Source: Thermoanaerobaculia bacterium
Lineage (GTDB): Bacteria > Acidobacteriota > Thermoanaerobaculia > Multivoradales > Multivoraceae
Assembly: GCA_963664405.1 (NCBI GenBank)
Contig: OY761158.1
Coordinates: 1,952,001-2,016,000 of the forward strand
Direction of reading: 5' to 3'
Length of the DNA: 64,000 bases
The notes below the pieces were generated by a model that ran no database searches, had not been told where the DNA came from, and was given only the letters and a program-made list of their open reading frames with translations. Position 1 is the first letter of the stretch. Every line of letters begins with the position of its first letter. Shown piece by piece: positions 60,967 to 64,000 of this stretch. The position numbers were made by a program, and so were the translations under genes.

Positions 60967-63900
60967 TTGATCAAATTCGCGATTCGCAATCCATATGCCA
61001 TGGCGGTAGCTGCCCTGACGACGATCGTTTTGGGGGTCACCGCCTTCGGCCTGATCCCCGCCGACCTATTGCCGATATTCAACACACCGGCGGTCCAGAT
61101 CGTCACCTTCTATCCGGGCATGCCACCGGAGGTGATGGAGCGCGACATCATGAGCCGGCTAGAGCGCTGGACCGGCCAGTCGGTGGGCATCGAGCATCAA
61201 GAAGCCAAGGCAATGCTCGGCGTCTCGGTGGTCAAGGACTTCTTTCGCGAGGGGATCAGCCTCGAAACCGCGATGAGCCAGGTCACTTCTTACGCCGTCA
61301 GCGACATGTTCTACCTGCCGCCCGGCACCATTCCGCCGATGGTCATGCCCTTTGATCCCACGGCGTCAGTGCCGCTCTGTCTGGTCGCAGTCTCCAGCGA
61401 CACCATGAATGAGAAGGAGCTCTACGACATCGCCTACTTCGAGTTGCGCAACCGGCTGCAGTCGATCCGGGGAGTGATTGCTCCTGCAGTCTACGGCGGC
61501 AAGCTGCGGCGGATCCTGGCCTACGTGGACCGGGAGAAGTTGGAGGCTCGGGGACTGTCGCCGATGGATGTCGTACGGGCGCTCAAAGAACAGAATGTCT
61601 TCATCCCCGCCGGCAACTTGAAGGCCGGAGACCTCGACTACCAGATCTTCGCCAACTCCATGCCCGCCAAAGTCGCCGAGCTCAACGACATGCCGGTCGC
61701 CATTCGCGGCGGCGTTCCGGTCATGGTCTCGGACGTCGCTCGGGTCGAGGACAGCAGTCAGATCCAGAGCAATGTGGTGCGGATCAACGGTCGCCGGCAG
61801 GTTTACATCCCGGTCTATCGGCAACCGGGAGCCAACACCATCGAGATCGTCGACTCGATCCAACGCAACCTCGAGCGAATCCTCCAGCGACTTCGCGAGA
61901 TGGACGAAAAAGCCGGCGACCTCACCCTCGAGGTGGTCCTCGACCAGTCGCAGTATGTGCGCGGATCGCTGCGGGCCCTCCAACTCGCCGGTCTCCTCGG
62001 CGCCGGCTTCGCCGCGCTGGTAGTGCTCGTTTTCCTACGCCGTCTTCGCTCAACGCTGCTCGTTCTGACCACCCTGCCTTTGGCGATCTTGGTTTCGATC
62101 GTCGGCCTTCACTTCTCCGGCGCCACTCTCAACGCGATGACCCTGGGCGGCCTGGCACTGGTCATCGGCATTCTCATCGACCAATCGATCGTCGTTGTCG
62201 AAGCCATCGTGCGTCACATCGACGAAGGCCGCGACCCCTTCGACGCCGCCCTTACCGGCACTCAGGAGGTCGCGTTTCCCGCCCTCATCTCGACGATCAC
62301 GTTCTGCATCGTCTTCTTTCCGGTGACTTTCCTCTCCGGAATGGCCAGCTATCTCTTCAGCCCCGTAGCTCTCGCTGCCTCCCTCGCCATGGGCGCGTCG
62401 TATCTCTTTGCCATCACCCTCGTTCCCGCCTTCGCTGCGCGCATTCTGAAGAAGCGCAAGGGCGACCGCGCCGACGGGGGTCTCTGGCTCGCAGGCCGTT
62501 ACGTCAGGCTGGTGCGCCAAGCCCTTCGCCTGCGCTGGCTCGTCCTGGGCGGAACCGCCGTCCTCTTCGCGCTCAGCGTTCTTTTGCTCACCCGAATCGG
62601 GAGCGAGCTCTTCCCCCAAGTCGACGCGGGCCAGTTCCAGATCAACGTGCGGCTCCCCTCGGGGACCCGTATCGAGAAGACCGAAGAAACTCTCAACCGG
62701 ATCGAAGCGCATCTCATCGAACAGATCGGCGCGCCGGACGCGGAGTACCCCAGGGTCGAGCGGCAACCGGACTCCAACCTACGGATGCTGATCACCAACA
62801 TCGGCGTGCTGATGGATTGGCCCGCCGCCTACACCCCCAACAGCGGTCCGATGGACGCCTTCATGCTGGTCCAGCTCAAGAACAAACGCGGAGCCCCAAC
62901 CACCTTCGAGTATGTGGACCAGCTACGGCGAGAGCTTCCACCGCTCTTTCCCTCGGTCGAGTTCTCTTTCGACACCGGCGGCATGCTTAGCGCGGCGCTC
63001 AACATGGGCGAGCCCGCGCCGATTCACATCCAGGTCTCGGGCTCCAACCTCGATACCTCGCACCAGATTGCCAGCTTGATGGTTAAAGAGATGCGGGCCG
63101 TCGAAGGCGCGACCGACGTGCGGATCGCCCAGCGCATGGACTATCCGATCCTCGATCTCCAGATCGACCGGGTCAAGGCGGCGATGGCCGGCGTCTCGGT
63201 CGAGAACGTGATGAAGAACCTGGTCACCGCCACCAACTCCAGCATCGGCTTCGACCCCGCGTTCTGGATCGATGAGAACAACGGGAACCACTACTTCATC
63301 GGCGCTCAATACGCAGAATCCGATCTGGTCTCGGTCGATACGCTCCTCAACATTCCGGTAACGGGCGCCAACGGGGTCGTTCCGGTGGCTCTCGGCACCT
63401 TGGTCGATGTCCAGCGCAAGACCGGACCCGCGTCCATCAGCCACATGAACATCACTCGCGTGATCGACGTCTACGCCTCTGTCCTGCCCGGCTACGACAT
63501 CGGATCGGTCGTGGCGCGCATCGAGCAGCGACTTTTCGATTCTGCCGATATCCAGCCGGTCGAGAACGAGTCGGATCGAGGGATCTACTACGACATCACC
63601 GGGCCGGCCTTCGCGGGCAAGGGCTACAGCTACACCACCACCGGCGAGGTCGCTACGATGCGCGAGACCTTGCGCCAGTTCGGGCAGGGCTTCGTTCTCG
63701 CCCTGGTCCTGGTCTACCTGGTCCTGGTGCTGCAGTTCCGCTCCTTCTTAGACCCCTTCATCGTGCTCCTGACCGTTCCGCTGGGCCTGATCGGGGTGTC
63801 AGTCATGCTGCTGGTGACCGGAACCAATCTGAGCATCATGGCGGCGATGGGCATCATCATGATGGTCGGACTGGTTGTCGCCTACAGCATTTTGTTGGTC

Positions 63901-64000
63901 GATTACGCCAATACCACGCTGGTGCGGGTCGGCTCGACCATCGAGGCAATCTGCGGAGCCGCCAGAGTACGACTCAGACCGATCCTGATGACCTCGCTGA
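60967..64000 (+). CDS. RND efflux permease (AcrB/CusA superfamily), 3' end beyond window; missing from the ORF track
   Basis: Frame from TTG 60967: IKFAIRNPYA..DLLPIFNTPAV, LNAMTLGGLALVIGILIDQSIVVVE, FPQVDAGQF, RVRLRPILMTSL at the window end. Confidence 0.9.
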   Translation, partial: MIKFAIRNPYAMAVAALTTIVLGVTAFGLIPADLLPIFNTPAVQIVTFYPGMPPEVMERDIMSRLERWTGQSVGIEHQEAKAMLGVSVVKDFFREGISLETAMSQVTSYAVSDMFYLPPGTIPPMVMPFDPTASVPLCLVAVSSDTMNEKELYDIAYFELRNRLQSIRGVIAPAVYGGKLRRILAYVDREKLEARGLSPMDVVRALKEQNVFIPAGNLKAGDLDYQIFANSMPAKVAELNDMPVAIRGGVPVMVSDVARVEDSSQIQSNVVRINGRRQVYIPVYRQPGANTIEIVDSIQRNLERILQRLREMDEKAGDLTLEVVLDQSQYVRGSLRALQLAGLLGAGFAALVVLVFLRRLRSTLLVLTTLPLAILVSIVGLHFSGATLNAMTLGGLALVIGILIDQSIVVVEAIVRHIDEGRDPFDAALTGTQEVAFPALISTITFCIVFFPVTFLSGMASYLFSPVALAASLAMGASYLFAITLVPAFAARILKKRKGDRADGGLWLAGRYVRLVRQALRLRWLVLGGTAVLFALSVLLLTRIGSELFPQVDAGQFQINVRLPSGTRIEKTEETLNRIEAHLIEQIGAPDAEYPRVERQPDSNLRMLITNIGVLMDWPAAYTPNSGPMDAFMLVQLKNKRGAPTTFEYVDQLRRELPPLFPSVEFSFDTGGMLSAALNMGEPAPIHIQVSGSNLDTSHQIASLMVKEMRAVEGATDVRIAQRMDYPILDLQIDRVKAAMAGVSVENVMKNLVTATNSSIGFDPAFWIDENNGNHYFIGAQYAESDLVSVDTLLNIPVTGANGVVPVALGTLVDVQRKTGPASISHMNITRVIDVYASVLPGYDIGSVVARIEQRLFDSADIQPVENESDRGIYYDITGPAFAGKGYSYTTTGEVATMRETLRQFGQGFVLALVLVYLVLVLQFRSFLDPFIVLLTVPLGLIGVSVMLLVTGTNLSIMAAMGIIMMVGLVVAYSILLVDYANTTLVRVGSTIEAICGAARVRLRPILMTSL

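Overview
GC-rich bacterial chromosomal window. The gene content (Oar-like TonB receptor, TIGR02999-type ECF sigma/Ser-Thr kinase pairs, BlaI/M56 pair, DUF3604) suggests Acidobacteriota, possibly Thermoanaerobaculia; this placement is inference. Housekeeping genes (polA, aminotransferase, enoyl-CoA hydratase) are mixed with secreted proteins, flavin/redox enzymes, two RND efflux systems and two toxin-antitoxin loci, one of them decayed. Main results beyond the ORF track: (1) two in-frame UGA selenoprotein candidates about 2.2 kb apart, an AhpD-like CFYU protein and an exported deiodinase-like CLTU protein, each followed by a hairpin of identical geometry (17-nt spacer, 7-bp stem, 5-nt CG-starting loop), flanking a flavin monooxygenase; (2) a shared TGGC-N18/19-CGYA motif upstream of four secreted-protein genes next to ECF/kinase modules; (3) a CTAG-associated repeat system made of a 128-bp hairpin repeat array, three ~165-bp palindromic MITEs (one nested in a repeat copy) and a RAYT-like HUH transposase; (4) a 477-bp IS21-like non-autonomous element with a 5-bp target duplication splitting a di-heme peroxidase; (5) an efflux operon bracketed by a decayed duplicate of an NHL gene 5' end; (6) a ~115-aa C-terminal domain found four times on unrelated secreted proteins. 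Several frameshifts sit in homopolymers and are probably sequencing errors. No rRNA, tRNA or CRISPR array was seen.
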